The translations under genes were made by a program, and so were the position numbers. A model generated the notes under the pieces. That model did not search any database. It saw only the letters and a list, made by a program, of their open reading frames with translations, and was not told the origin of the DNA. From assembly GCA_944363835.1 (NCBI GenBank), contig CALVVJ010000003.1, positions 1-44,621 on the forward strand: 44,621 bases of DNA, given 5' to 3'. The DNA is from an uncultured Bacilli bacterium. GTDB taxonomy: Bacteria > Bacillota_I > Bacilli_A > RF39 > UBA660. Below, in pieces: positions 19,399 through 28,982 of the stretch. Position 1 is the first letter of the stretch, and each line of letters opens with the position of its first letter.

Positions 19399-20037
19399 AT
19401 GGAATATAATGTAATAAAAAATGCTAATGGTATTTTAAATAATAGCAAATATTATGTAAGTACACCTAATAAATATAAAGGAAAATGGAATGATTTTTTT
19501 GGTAACCATAACCCTATTTATTTAGAACTTGGAACAGGTCGTGGAGAATTCATCATTCAAATGGCTAAGAAATATCCCGAGTATAATTTTATTGGTTTAG
19601 AATTAAATGAATCGCAAATTGCCACCGCCGCCAAGAGATTGGAACGAGAAAATATAAAAAACTTAAAACTAATTAAAGATGATGCTCGAAATATTGCTAA
19701 TATTTTCGGCAAAGAAATAGATACAATTTATCTAACTTTCTCTGAACCATGGCCTAAAAAAAGAGATGAAAAAAATAGATTCACCCACGAATCATATTTA
19801 AAACTATACGATAGAATATTTAAAAAAGATAAACATATTATCCTAAAAACGGATAACAAAGGCCTATTTGCCTATTCTTTAGAAACATTATCTAACTACT
19901 GGTATGTATTTGATACTGTAAGCCTAGATTTACATAATGATGAACGAAACATTTCCAATATAATGACTGATTTTGAAATCCAATACTACAAAGAAAAAAG
20001 ACCAATTTATTATTTAGATGCTAGTTTTAAAAATTAA
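19399..20037 (+). CDS. trmB: tRNA (guanine-N7)-methyltransferase TrmB
   Basis: LELGTGRG, F.EPWPKKR, LKTDN, MTDFE motifs. Confidence 0.93.
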   Translation: MEYNVIKNANGILNNSKYYVSTPNKYKGKWNDFFGNHNPIYLELGTGRGEFIIQMAKKYPEYNFIGLELNESQIATAAKRLERENIKNLKLIKDDARNIANIFGKEIDTIYLTFSEPWPKKRDEKNRFTHESYLKLYDRIFKKDKHIILKTDNKGLFAYSLETLSNYWYVFDTVSLDLHNDERNISNIMTDFEIQYYKEKRPIYYLDASFKN

Positions 20038-20041
20038 AGAA

Positions 20042-20077
20042 AAACACAACTATTTGAAAACTGAATAGTTGTGTTTT
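20042..20077. terminator. Bidirectional terminator between trmB and rpmA
   Basis: aaaacacaactatt...aatagttgtgtttt inverted repeat between convergent genes. Confidence 0.75.
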
Positions 20078-20142
20078 TAACAAGATTCTTACTCCAACAA
20101 TATCTTCGTTAATATCATTAGTAAAACCAAAATAAAAAGTGC

Positions 20143-20427
20143 TTACGCTTCGTAAACACTTACCTTTTTTCTATTTTTACCAGATCTTTCATATTTTACC
20201 ACACCAGCAACTTTTGCAAATAATGTGTGATCTTTACCCATTCCAACATTTGTACCAGGATAAATCTTAGTTCCTCTTTGACGATAAATAATTGATCCAG
20301 CACTTACAGTTTCGCCATCACTAGCCTTAGCACCTAATCTACGACCAGCAGAATCACGGCCATTTTTAGTAGAACCTTGAGCTTTAACATGGGCAAATAA
20401 TTGGATATTTAGCTTCATGAAATTCAT
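20143..20427 (-). CDS. rpmA: 50S ribosomal protein L27 with an N-terminal Prp-cleaved extension
   Basis: LNIQLF|AH..., STKNGRDS...[13 protein letters not shown]. Confidence 0.97.
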   Translation of the reverse strand: MNFMKLNIQLFAHVKAQGSTKNGRDSAGRRLGAKASDGETVSAGSIIYRQRGTKIYPGTNVGMGKDHTLFAKVAGVVKYERSGKNRKKVSVYEA

Positions 20428-20726
20428 CTGTCTTCCTCCTTTACTATTTTAATATTTTTATCATAAGTTTTTGCTAGCTCTTCTAGCATACAAATCATAT
20501 TTTCAATTATTAATCTAATAGCATCATCATTACTTTTAATATCGATTGTAAGCTTATCTTGTTCTTCTTTATATACTAAAGAATTACTATCAAATCTAAG
20601 ACAAGCATTAATACTCGTAATAACAATACAAGACACACTTGCACAAACAATATCTTTACCATAATCAGCATAATTAGCATGACCAGTTATAATGATTCGA
20701 TTACACTTAATATTAACTTTAATCAT
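20424..20726 (-). CDS. prp: Ribosomal-processing cysteine protease Prp (YsxB)
   Basis: GHA...G.DIVCA.VS motif; located between rplU and rpmA. Confidence 0.93.
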   Translation of the reverse strand: MIKVNIKCNRIIITGHANYADYGKDIVCASVSCIVITSINACLRFDSNSLVYKEEQDKLTIDIKSNDDAIRLIIENMICMLEELAKTYDKNIKIVKEEDR

Positions 20727-21022
20727 TAACCAATCTTCTTTACTACTAACTTAGTGTATGGTTGACGATGTCCTTGAGTCTTACGATATTTTTTCTTAGG
20801 TCTGTACTTAAAAACTTTAATCTTCTTATTTTTTCCTTGTTTTTCTACAGTACAAACAACACTAACTTTATCTACATAAGGATTTCCTGCAACACCATTA
20901 GCAAATAAAACTTTATCAAATTTTACTTCACTGCCAACTTCAGCATCTAATTTTTCTACATAGATAACATCGCCTTCAGCAACATAATATTGTTTTCCAC
21001 CAGTTTCAAATATAGCTTTCAT
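20726..21022 (-). CDS. rplU: 50S ribosomal protein L21
   Basis: [13 protein letters not shown]...GHRQPYT; start after AAGGAGG. Confidence 0.97.
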   Translation of the reverse strand: MKAIFETGGKQYYVAEGDVIYVEKLDAEVGSEVKFDKVLFANGVAGNPYVDKVSVVCTVEKQGKNKKIKVFKYRPKKKYRKTQGHRQPYTKLVVKKIG

Positions 21023-21034
21023 TTCATACCTCCT

Positions 21035-21100
21035 TATCTTTCGAAGTCGCGCCCTCAAGGTACATACTTGTTTATAACCTTTTTAGTGCGGTTTTTTAAG
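21035..21100 (-). promoter_or_regulatory. L21 ribosomal protein leader
   Basis: accgcac...aggt...acct..ggcgcgact arrangement directly upstream of rplU, resembling the Firmicute L21 leader as I recall it. Confidence 0.65.
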
Positions 21101-21136
21101 AAACTACTTAAAAACATATCAATTATACCTAAATAT

Positions 21137-21880
21137 CTAGAACTTGTCAAATCTTTCTTTAAGTTTTTTCTCTTCTCCCACTATTTTTCCTTTTTCTTTA
21201 AAATATTGGTAAGTATCCAACTTTAATATATCTAAATTTCCTTCCCTAGTACTTATAAAATGAAACTCATATTTATTCAAATATCTTTCCAACAAAAATT
21301 TATTAAATATATAATTATAATTTTTATAAGCATAATAAGTTTTAACTATAAACAAAGATACAATCAAATAATTATTTAAAGAAAACCACCAGTTTCCCAA
21401 CAAATAAATGCCAATCCCTCCCCAAGAAATACCCAAATATAAAAAATAAGATATCTTAAATGAAAAAAATCTATTAAGAATAGCATTTAAAATTATACTA
21501 CCATCTAAAGGGATAATTGGTAACATATTAAATACCATAATACTTAAATTATATTTATAAATTAACGCTTTTGTTCCTATACTTAAAGGCAAAAGAAAAA
21601 CTACCATAAAAAGTATTATTTGTAATATAATACCTCCACTTGCTATTAGCACTTCCCTTAACACAGGAGTATTAATATCTTTACTAACTCTTGTAACTCC
21701 TCCAAAAGGATATAAAGTAATATCTAATATCGGAAAATGAAATAATTTAATAAACAAAACATGTCCTAATTCATGAATAATCACAATAAAAAAAATTACA
21801 AGGCCTGCCTTTAAATAACCGCACAATAATAAAATCAATAAAAAATAGATAGTTAAAAAATTAACTTTGATAATCTTCAT
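21137..21880 (-). CDS. M50 site-2 metalloprotease, SpoIVFB-like
   Basis: HELGH, PFGGV, FNMLPIIPLDG; upstream of rplU as in Bacillus. Confidence 0.88.
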   Translation of the reverse strand: MKIIKVNFLTIYFLLILLLCGYLKAGLVIFFIVIIHELGHVLFIKLFHFPILDITLYPFGGVTRVSKDINTPVLREVLIASGGIILQIILFMVVFLLPLSIGTKALIYKYNLSIMVFNMLPIIPLDGSIILNAILNRFFSFKISYFLYLGISWGGIGIYLLGNWWFSLNNYLIVSLFIVKTYYAYKNYNYIFNKFLLERYLNKYEFHFISTREGNLDILKLDTYQYFKEKGKIVGEEKKLKERFDKF

Positions 21881-22460
21881 ACTTGATAAATTCATTGTCT
21901 TTCTTAATTACTAAATAAAGAAATTCATCCTTAATGCTACCAATAACTGTCCCTTCTTCAATATAATCATAAAGAGTAACTGAAACATTTTCTAAATTTC
22001 CATACCAAATATCTGCCCCATCGATACCTTGAATTATCACCGTATTTCCATACCCATCTTTTTCTCCCGAAAAAACAACTACCCCACTTGCTAAACTATT
22101 GACAAGAGCCTTGCTACTTACCGTAAGAACTTCGCCTTCTTGATAATCTTTTATTTCTTTATAAACTAACTTCCCACTCATTACCGTCTGGGTGTTATCA
22201 CTTTTAGGTAAAACCTCTCCAAATAATTCTTCATACCACCCTTTAATCTTTGTAAAAGGCAAAGACTCTGTTAAAACATATTCTTTATAAAGCAATAAAT
22301 TTTTATCGCTCATATTAGTAAATATCACACTAACTAAAAAGAAAATAATAGCTAACATAAATTTGGTTACATACTTACTAATTATTTTCTTTTTACTTAC
22401 ATCATTATTTTTATTAAAATCCTTCTTCTTCATTTTGTGCATTTTTAGATACTCATCCAT
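21861..22460 (-). CDS. M23/LytM-like membrane protein, SpoIVFA-like
   Basis: One TM helix; G.VVF.G...YGNTVIIQ...WYGNL; lacks the HxH metal ligands; adjacent to the M50 protease. Confidence 0.8.
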   Translation of the reverse strand: MDEYLKMHKMKKKDFNKNNDVSKKKIISKYVTKFMLAIIFFLVSVIFTNMSDKNLLLYKEYVLTESLPFTKIKGWYEELFGEVLPKSDNTQTVMSGKLVYKEIKDYQEGEVLTVSSKALVNSLASGVVVFSGEKDGYGNTVIIQGIDGADIWYGNLENVSVTLYDYIEEGTVIGSIKDEFLYLVIKKDNEFIKYEDYQS

Positions 22461-22473
22461 AAAATCACCTGCT

Positions 22474-22851
22474 CTATTTTATGTCTAAAGCATCCTTTTT
22501 ATAACTAATCAAAATAAATATACTATTGATTATAATGACATTTAACACTTGCCAACCGATACATCCAAAAATTAGAAAACTAACTAAATAATAAAACAAA
22601 ATAATAAACAAACTCACTAAAAAATAAATATTAAAATTATGATAATTAAGTTTTATTATCTTCCTTCTTAAAATAAAGAATAATGTAATAAATATAGTAT
22701 TATAAAAATATATATGAAGTATCAAAAAATCCACTATCAAAGCCACACTTAAATTATAAATATAACTCTTAGAATTAATATTCAATAAAAAGAAATAAGA
22801 CATATAAGGCGTAAAACTATAGATTAAAATATCGAGTAAAAGATTAATCAT
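22474..22851 (-). CDS. Membrane protein, MreD-like by position
   Basis: Highly hydrophobic; overlaps the mreC stop. Confidence 0.6.
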   Translation of the reverse strand: MINLLLDILIYSFTPYMSYFFLLNINSKSYIYNLSVALIVDFLILHIYFYNTIFITLFFILRRKIIKLNYHNFNIYFLVSLFIILFYYLVSFLIFGCIGWQVLNVIIINSIFILISYKKDALDIK

Positions 22852-23503
22852 TACTATCTACCACCAACACATAATTAATATCATCTAAATTCGCTCCTGG
22901 CTTTACTTCGACAATTTTTTCTATCTCCGTTGCATTGACATTTATCTTTGTAACTTCACCGACATATATATCCCCCGGCAAATTGCCAATCCCCGAAGTA
23001 TAAACTTTATCACCAATATTTATAACATCATATGTCTGCAAATTACTTACTACCAAAACACCATCTGCCATTTTCAAAATACCATAATTATCTCCAACTT
23101 TAACAGATATATTACTACTCTTATTCGTTATTAACCTAACTTCACTACTACTGGCCAAAGTATTATCTACTACCCCAATAAGTCCCATATCACTTATTAC
23201 TGCCATACCTTCCACAATACCATCTTCTTTTCCTTTATAGATCATTACAGTATTTTTAAATTCATAAATATTTCGTAAATATACTTTACTCATTATTAAA
23301 TTAAGACCATTATTTATTTTAAAATCATTTGCTTTAAGTAATTCCTTATAATCACTTTCTAAAATCTCACAATAATTATTATTAATAGTATCTATACTTA
23401 AATTATTATCAAACATACTTAAAAATCTATTTATACTAGAACTAAATAGAATAAGCAAAAAAATACCTAGTAATATAATATAATCCTTATATTTTTTTAT
23501 CAT
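22844..23503 (-). CDS. mreC: Rod shape-determining protein MreC
   Basis: KG..DGI..GMAVI...GLIG.V, GD.VYTSG.G..P..IYVG.V. Confidence 0.9.
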   Translation of the reverse strand: MIKKYKDYIILLGIFLLILFSSSINRFLSMFDNNLSIDTINNNYCEILESDYKELLKANDFKINNGLNLIMSKVYLRNIYEFKNTVMIYKGKEDGIVEGMAVISDMGLIGVVDNTLASSSEVRLITNKSSNISVKVGDNYGILKMADGVLVVSNLQTYDVINIGDKVYTSGIGNLPGDIYVGEVTKINVNATEIEKIVEVKPGANLDDINYVLVVDSND

Positions 23504-23510
23504 ATTTTTA

Positions 23511-23954
23511 TTATGTATAATACTCTAAAAATAATTCTAACATTGCCTTATTAATATTATTTATTACTTCTTCTTTATCAGTTTTAAGCATAACCGTTTC
23601 GTAATTTTCTAAAGATTTAATAAATTCCTCATTCATTTTTACCTTCTTTATATAATAATCTACCCCCTTATTAGTTAAAAAAGACTCTAATTTAACTTTA
23701 TTTTCTTCATGATAAGCAATACCCACCAAAACTCTATAATAATCTCCATCTTCATATATAATTGAACAATCAAAATTATTTTGATAATTTAAAGCATTAT
23801 CTTGATTTTTAAAAACTCCCACTTGAAATAGACTAACCTCGTAATTTTTATTAGTTAGAGCTATAACTTCCTTTGAAATATCTTTATAGAAAAAATAAGC
23901 AAATACCCCACCAATTATAATTGCCCCAATAACTACTTTTAAATACGTTTTCAT
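23511..23954 (-). CDS. Membrane-anchored SPOR-like domain protein
   Basis: N-terminal TM; FQVGVF...NA and YRVLVG motifs. Confidence 0.6.
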   Translation of the reverse strand: MKTYLKVVIGAIIIGGVFAYFFYKDISKEVIALTNKNYEVSLFQVGVFKNQDNALNYQNNFDCSIIYEDGDYYRVLVGIAYHEENKVKLESFLTNKGVDYYIKKVKMNEEFIKSLENYETVMLKTDKEEVINNINKAMLELFLEYYT

Positions 23955-24047
23955 AATATCACCAAGAATACTATACAATAAATAATCTAAATATATTGTC
24001 AAACCACGTCGATACTGCTATAATACTCTAAAAAAGGAAGGAAATAT

Positions 24048-24725
24048 ATGCAAAATAACAATTTTTCAGATTTAAAAATATCTATAAATCATATAGATAA
24101 TCCCAAATATAAGGAACTTACTATCGGTTATCCCGATAAAAATCCTCACAATTACTATGAATTTCAAGGGTTATTTGACTATGAACTCCTTGACTCTTCT
24201 CATGTACTAATCAAAGAAATAGAAGACATGCATCATCGCACTTATCCTCGCTTGACAATATTTACGAGAATTCCTGAAGGGCATCGCATCGATTCATTTC
24301 CTATAATTGCTGAAATACCGAAAAGAAGTGCTGGTTTAAAGAGCATTAAAAAACTAATAATCCCAGGATTTCAAAGATATTTTATCTATTCTTATGAATT
24401 TGGCATAATTTGCTCTGCATGTTATGATGTCATAGTTTTCGATGAAGAAACTAAAACATTTGAAGTAACATATCGAAAAATGACGGAATATGGCGAAGTT
24501 AAACTCACAGGTACTCTCGATAGCGAAGGACACCTTATCGATGACACATTATATATGCCTGAAATTAGGTGCTCCTATCTAGTTGATGAACATAACTTAG
24601 ATAACTCGATTGAAAGATTAGTACCTAAAATTGAAAAAGATATTACAAAACATTTTCATAAACTAGAACAAAACGCTTATGCCGATTGGGAATATGCTTG
24701 TTATTTAAAACGCAAGAAAAAATAG
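24048..24725 (+). CDS. Hypothetical protein
   Basis: 225-aa ORF with AAGGAAGG RBS, upstream TATAAT and a downstream terminator. Confidence 0.75.
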   Translation: MQNNNFSDLKISINHIDNPKYKELTIGYPDKNPHNYYEFQGLFDYELLDSSHVLIKEIEDMHHRTYPRLTIFTRIPEGHRIDSFPIIAEIPKRSAGLKSIKKLIIPGFQRYFIYSYEFGIICSACYDVIVFDEETKTFEVTYRKMTEYGEVKLTGTLDSEGHLIDDTLYMPEIRCSYLVDEHNLDNSIERLVPKIEKDITKHFHKLEQNAYADWEYACYLKRKKK

Positions 24726-24747
24726 TTTGAAATTCAAACTATTTTTT
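24719..24747. terminator. Bidirectional terminator
   Basis: aaaatagtttga-aat-tcaaactatttt between convergent genes. Confidence 0.75.
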
Positions 24748-24907
24748 AGTTCATTTTTTTAGCAATCATGCTTTCTGCGCCATCCATAGCCTTAACCATC
24801 TTTTTACCAACAGTTGTCCGGGCATTTTTATTATTCATTAAATAAACACCTCCACCAACTAAAGCCAAAGCAGTAATAGCACCAGCTACTTTAAACATGT
24901 TTTTCAT
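24746..24907 (-). CDS. Small 53-aa membrane-anchored protein, absent from the ORF track
   Basis: Manual translation MKNMFKVAGAITALALVGGGVYLMNNKNARTTVGKKMVKAMDGAESMIAKKMN*; AGAGGTG RBS. Confidence 0.75.
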   Translation of the reverse strand: MKNMFKVAGAITALALVGGGVYLMNNKNARTTVGKKMVKAMDGAESMIAKKMN

Positions 24908-24932
24908 GAATTCACCTCTATCGTTATTATGG

Positions 24933-27119
24933 CTATTTCACACTATTATATACTTCTATTATTCTAGTTTTCAAACTAGTTTTTCGATTCGCCGAATAAT
25001 TATTACCGACAGCTCTAGCAAAAGCATAAGGATCTCCTACAATTGTCAGGGTCTTCTTTGCTCTACTTACTCCGGTATAAATAAGTTTATTATAAAGCAT
25101 CTTATAGTAACTATTACTAATTGGCATTATGACGTGTTCAAATTCACTACCTTGACTCTTATGTATCGTAATAGCATAAGCATGTTTAATTTGCTTCAAA
25201 TTTTTCTTTTCGTATTCTACTCTATTACCTTCAAAATCAATTGTCACTTTATTACCCATAATACTATCAATATACCCAATATCACCATTAAAAACATTGT
25301 TATCTAAATCATTAACTAGTTGCAATACTTTATCGCCTTCGCGATATGTTACATCCAAATAATTTATTTCATTTTTACTCTTCTTTTTAGGATTATAAAT
25401 ACTTTGTAATACAACATTTAAATTATCTATACCATTTTCTCCCTTGTACATTGGTGCTAAAACTTGCATATGGTGTTCATCAATTTTTTTCTCTAAAGAT
25501 ATCTTAATAATCTGTTCAATAGCATCTTTTATCTGCGTAGACTTTGTTTGAAAGAAAGTATAATCGTCCTTCTTGGCCAAAAACTCTTCACTCAAATCAT
25601 TATTTTTAATTTCTTTAGCCAAATAGGGAATATAAGAATTATCACTCTGACGATAAATTTGATTTAGAGGAATAAAGTTAAAATAATCACTACTAATTAA
25701 ATCATCTAATACTAATCCAGGCCCAACACTTGGAAGTTGGAAAGTATCTCCAACTAATATAAGTTTAACTCCTGGAGAAATTCCATTAAGTAATGCATTA
25801 AATAAGTCAATATCGATCATACTTACTTCATCGACAATAATAAGACGGTGACTTGTTTTATTATACTCATTATAGAAAAAATCATTACTATCTTTATACC
25901 ACTTCAAATATCTATGAATCGTATAAGCTGGAAGACTCGTCGAAGTTGCCATCTTCTTACTAGCTCTCCCCGTCGGTGCTAAAAGCGCAATACTTTCCAT
26001 TATATCCGCAGGACCTAATCCTTTATCTTCGATATATAACTTCGTAATTGCATTAATAATCGTCGTTTTCCCAGTTCCTGGTCCCCCTGAAATTATCGTT
26101 ACATTATTATTCAAAGCCCCCATAATAGCTTTTTCTTGATCAGTATTATAATCTATTCCTAATCTACTTTCTAACTTCTTTAACTTTTCTTCTAAATTCA
26201 ATATTTTATCAGGTTCTTTAGCATCAATTCTTTTTAAAGTAGCAGCAATATTTCCTTCTTTTTCATAATAACTAGCCAAATATATCTTTCTATCAACTAA
26301 GACTACATTACCATTATTTACTAATTCTTGTAATACTCCCTCAAAGACATCTTCCGCTAAAACAATATTAAATTCTCTATTTAAAATATCACTTATTTCC
26401 TCACGATAATAATAAGTATCCCCATTATAGTTACTTAGCATTTGCATGCCTTCTAAAAAGCACGCATAAATTCTTACTTTAGTATCATTACCATAATTAT
26501 TCATATAAATACTATCTAATTTATGAAATTCGATTATTTCTTTTAAGTCATAAAAAGAATCTCCCAAAACTTCTTCAATTCTATCCTTAAACTTATTATA
26601 TATTCTCGAACACTCTTCGATAGTAAAACCTAAATTTTGGAATTTTAAAATTGCCTCACTACTTTTATTATAGTTTTGTAAAGAATTATATATCTTCGCC
26701 GCTCTAATTGCTGTCATACCTTCAATTTCTAATAAATTATCTCTATTTTCCTTTATTTTATCAAGCGTCTTTTCCCCAAAATGATCAACTATTTTTTTAG
26801 CAGTTTTTTCACCACATCCTTCAATAAAAGAACTAGCTAAAAATTCAATAATTGCTTCTTTAGTTGTAGGAACTTCTACTTCATAAGAATCAACAGCATA
26901 TTGCATCCCAAATCTTTCATTATTGACATAACTACCATACAAAGTCATACTTATATCGATATTTACATCTGTAAACACTCCCGTTACAGTAATACTCTTA
27001 TTGACCTTTTCCTTCATAGCTACATCATTAGTTTCCTTAACGCGAAACAAAGCGACTACATAGCCACTTTCATTATTATGAAATATAATTTTTTTTAACT
27101 TTCCTTTAATGTAATTCAT
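24933..27119 (-). CDS. recD2: ATP-dependent RecD-like DNA helicase RecD2
   Basis: N-terminal OB/HhH extension, GGPGTGKTT, APTGRA, DEVSM, TIHKSQGSEF. Confidence 0.95.
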   Translation of the reverse strand: MNYIKGKLKKIIFHNNESGYVVALFRVKETNDVAMKEKVNKSITVTGVFTDVNIDISMTLYGSYVNNERFGMQYAVDSYEVEVPTTKEAIIEFLASSFIEGCGEKTAKKIVDHFGEKTLDKIKENRDNLLEIEGMTAIRAAKIYNSLQNYNKSSEAILKFQNLGFTIEECSRIYNKFKDRIEEVLGDSFYDLKEIIEFHKLDSIYMNNYGNDTKVRIYACFLEGMQMLSNYNGDTYYYREEISDILNREFNIVLAEDVFEGVLQELVNNGNVVLVDRKIYLASYYEKEGNIAATLKRIDAKEPDKILNLEEKLKKLESRLGIDYNTDQEKAIMGALNNNVTIISGGPGTGKTTIINAITKLYIEDKGLGPADIMESIALLAPTGRASKKMATSTSLPAYTIHRYLKWYKDSNDFFYNEYNKTSHRLIIVDEVSMIDIDLFNALLNGISPGVKLILVGDTFQLPSVGPGLVLDDLISSDYFNFIPLNQIYRQSDNSYIPYLAKEIKNNDLSEEFLAKKDDYTFFQTKSTQIKDAIEQIIKISLEKKIDEHHMQVLAPMYKGENGIDNLNVVLQSIYNPKKKSKNEINYLDVTYREGDKVLQLVNDLDNNVFNGDIGYIDSIMGNKVTIDFEGNRVEYEKKNLKQIKHAYAITIHKSQGSEFEHVIMPISNSYYKMLYNKLIYTGVSRAKKTLTIVGDPYAFARAVGNNYSANRKTSLKTRIIEVYNSVK

Positions 27120-28348
27120 AATTCTTTACTATAAATTTGTCCCTTTTCTAAATTTTCTTCAATTTGAACATATAAGTAATTACTTGTGTGCCCAAAACTA
27201 ATACCATTATCGCACTCTTCTACTAAAACATCAACCTTTTTCCCTCTAAATTTATCATAATATTTTTTTTCTAAATTTTCTGATAAAGTCATCAATTTCT
27301 TAACTCTATCTTTTTTGATATTTTCTGGCACTTGTTCAGGCATACTGGCAGCAGCTGTACCTTCTCTTAAAGAATAGGGAAAAACATGTATCTTGCTAAA
27401 CTCAATTTCTTTGGCAAAATTATAGCACTCATTAAAGTTTTGATTGCTTTCCCCAGGAAAGCCTACAATAATATCAGTGCTTATTGCTATATTAGGTCTT
27501 ATTGTTCTAATTTCTCTAATTTTATTCCTAAAATACGTTAAATCATACTTTCGATTCATTTTCTTTAAAACATCATCACTACCAGATTGCAAAGGAATAT
27601 GTAAGTGATCGCACACTTTCGGATTATCTCTTAACACATTTAAGAACCTATCCCCAAGTTCAGTTATTTCAATACTCGATATCCTAATTCTTTTAATTTC
27701 TGGTATCTTACATAATTCTTCGATTAAATCCGCCAAATCATGACCATTATCCCAATATCTTCCCGTATGTATTCCTGTCAAAACTATTTCCTGATGCCCA
27801 TTTTTAGCTAGTATAATTGCTTCTTTTATCACTTTATCAAATGCTTTACATCTAACCGAACCCCGCACATAAGGAATAATACAATAAGAGCAAAAATTAT
27901 CACAACCATCTTCTATCTTAATAAATGCTCTTACATGATTAAATGAACTAATCATCATATCTTCAAATTCTAAATTTCTATCATTATAAAACTTCACATA
28001 AGGCTTATTTACTTCTAAATAATTTGTAATCAAATCGGCAATCTTACTTTTATCCTTATTCCCAATCAATATATCAATACCTAGTGTTTCATACAAATCT
28101 TGTTTGTTTTGTGCACTACATCCCGCAACTACCAAAATAGCCTTAGAATACTCTCTTTTTAAATGTCTAATCATCTTTAAACATTTCTTATCAGCCACAT
28201 TTGTAACAGTACATGTATTGACAATTATAATTTCACACTTACTTAAATCTTCTTCATAAGAAAAATTATGATGAAGCATATACTCCTTCATCATATTAGA
28301 TTCATATTGATTAACTTTACAACCAAATGTAATTATATTAAATTTCAT
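27116..28348 (-). CDS. mtaB: tRNA t6A methylthiotransferase MtaB (radical SAM)
   Basis: TFGCKVNQYES, NTCTVT, CDNFCSYCIIPYVRG, HVFPYS.R.GT. Confidence 0.9.
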   Translation of the reverse strand: MKFNIITFGCKVNQYESNMMKEYMLHHNFSYEEDLSKCEIIIVNTCTVTNVADKKCLKMIRHLKREYSKAILVVAGCSAQNKQDLYETLGIDILIGNKDKSKIADLITNYLEVNKPYVKFYNDRNLEFEDMMISSFNHVRAFIKIEDGCDNFCSYCIIPYVRGSVRCKAFDKVIKEAIILAKNGHQEIVLTGIHTGRYWDNGHDLADLIEELCKIPEIKRIRISSIEITELGDRFLNVLRDNPKVCDHLHIPLQSGSDDVLKKMNRKYDLTYFRNKIREIRTIRPNIAISTDIIVGFPGESNQNFNECYNFAKEIEFSKIHVFPYSLREGTAAASMPEQVPENIKKDRVKKLMTLSENLEKKYYDKFRGKKVDVLVEECDNGISFGHTSNYLYVQIEENLEKGQIYSKEL

Positions 28349-28352
28349 AACC

Positions 28353-28838
28353 TTACCCCAATTCTTTTTGCAACTGTTTAAGTGCTTGTAAAAAAGCCTC
28401 TTCTTTTGCAAAACTTATAACTCTAACATCGACCTTTGGTACTTCTTCACTATTCTTATTTACTAAATCATCTAGATTAACTTTTTTTACAGAAAAATCG
28501 TCTTGTACTTCTTCTTTTTCATAATTAAGACCATACTTACTATTATTTTTATTTAATAATTCATCATAACTTATAATAGCTTTATCTTCTTGGTCTTTCT
28601 CATATTCTGTAAAATTTACAGTAGGTTCCTCTTTTCCTAAATTTTCTTGTATTTCTCTAACTATCTTCATCTCAGCTGTTTCCTCTTTTTTATCCTTAAC
28701 TTCTTCATCATTATTTATTTTTATAAAATATATTAATGTTACTACTAAAACCATCAGTATAAGAACTGCAAAGAAAAAGACAATATCGACAAAATTCAAA
28801 GTTTTTAAAAATTCCCAAATATCTGAAAATAATTTCAT
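28353..28838 (-). CDS. Hypothetical single-pass membrane protein
   Basis: 161 aa, one TM helix, acidic C-terminal region. Confidence 0.75.
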   Translation of the reverse strand: MKLFSDIWEFLKTLNFVDIVFFFAVLILMVLVVTLIYFIKINNDEEVKDKKEETAEMKIVREIQENLGKEEPTVNFTEYEKDQEDKAIISYDELLNKNNSKYGLNYEKEEVQDDFSVKKVNLDDLVNKNSEEVPKVDVRVISFAKEEAFLQALKQLQKELG

Positions 28839-28982
28839 TCTCTACCACCACAATACTATTTTATCATGTTCTCTATAACTTATTAAGCATTTATCACTTA
28901 TTTGACACAGCACAATGTCAAATATTGACACATATTATATCACCAATAACATGGCAAGTCAAAGAAAAAAGAGCATAAAGCC

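Noticed and set aside
28901-28931. tttgaca-N8-tgtcaaa inverted repeat upstream of the 161-aa membrane protein
   Set aside because: A single short occurrence in AT-rich DNA that could just be overlapping -35 boxes; no regulator can be assigned.
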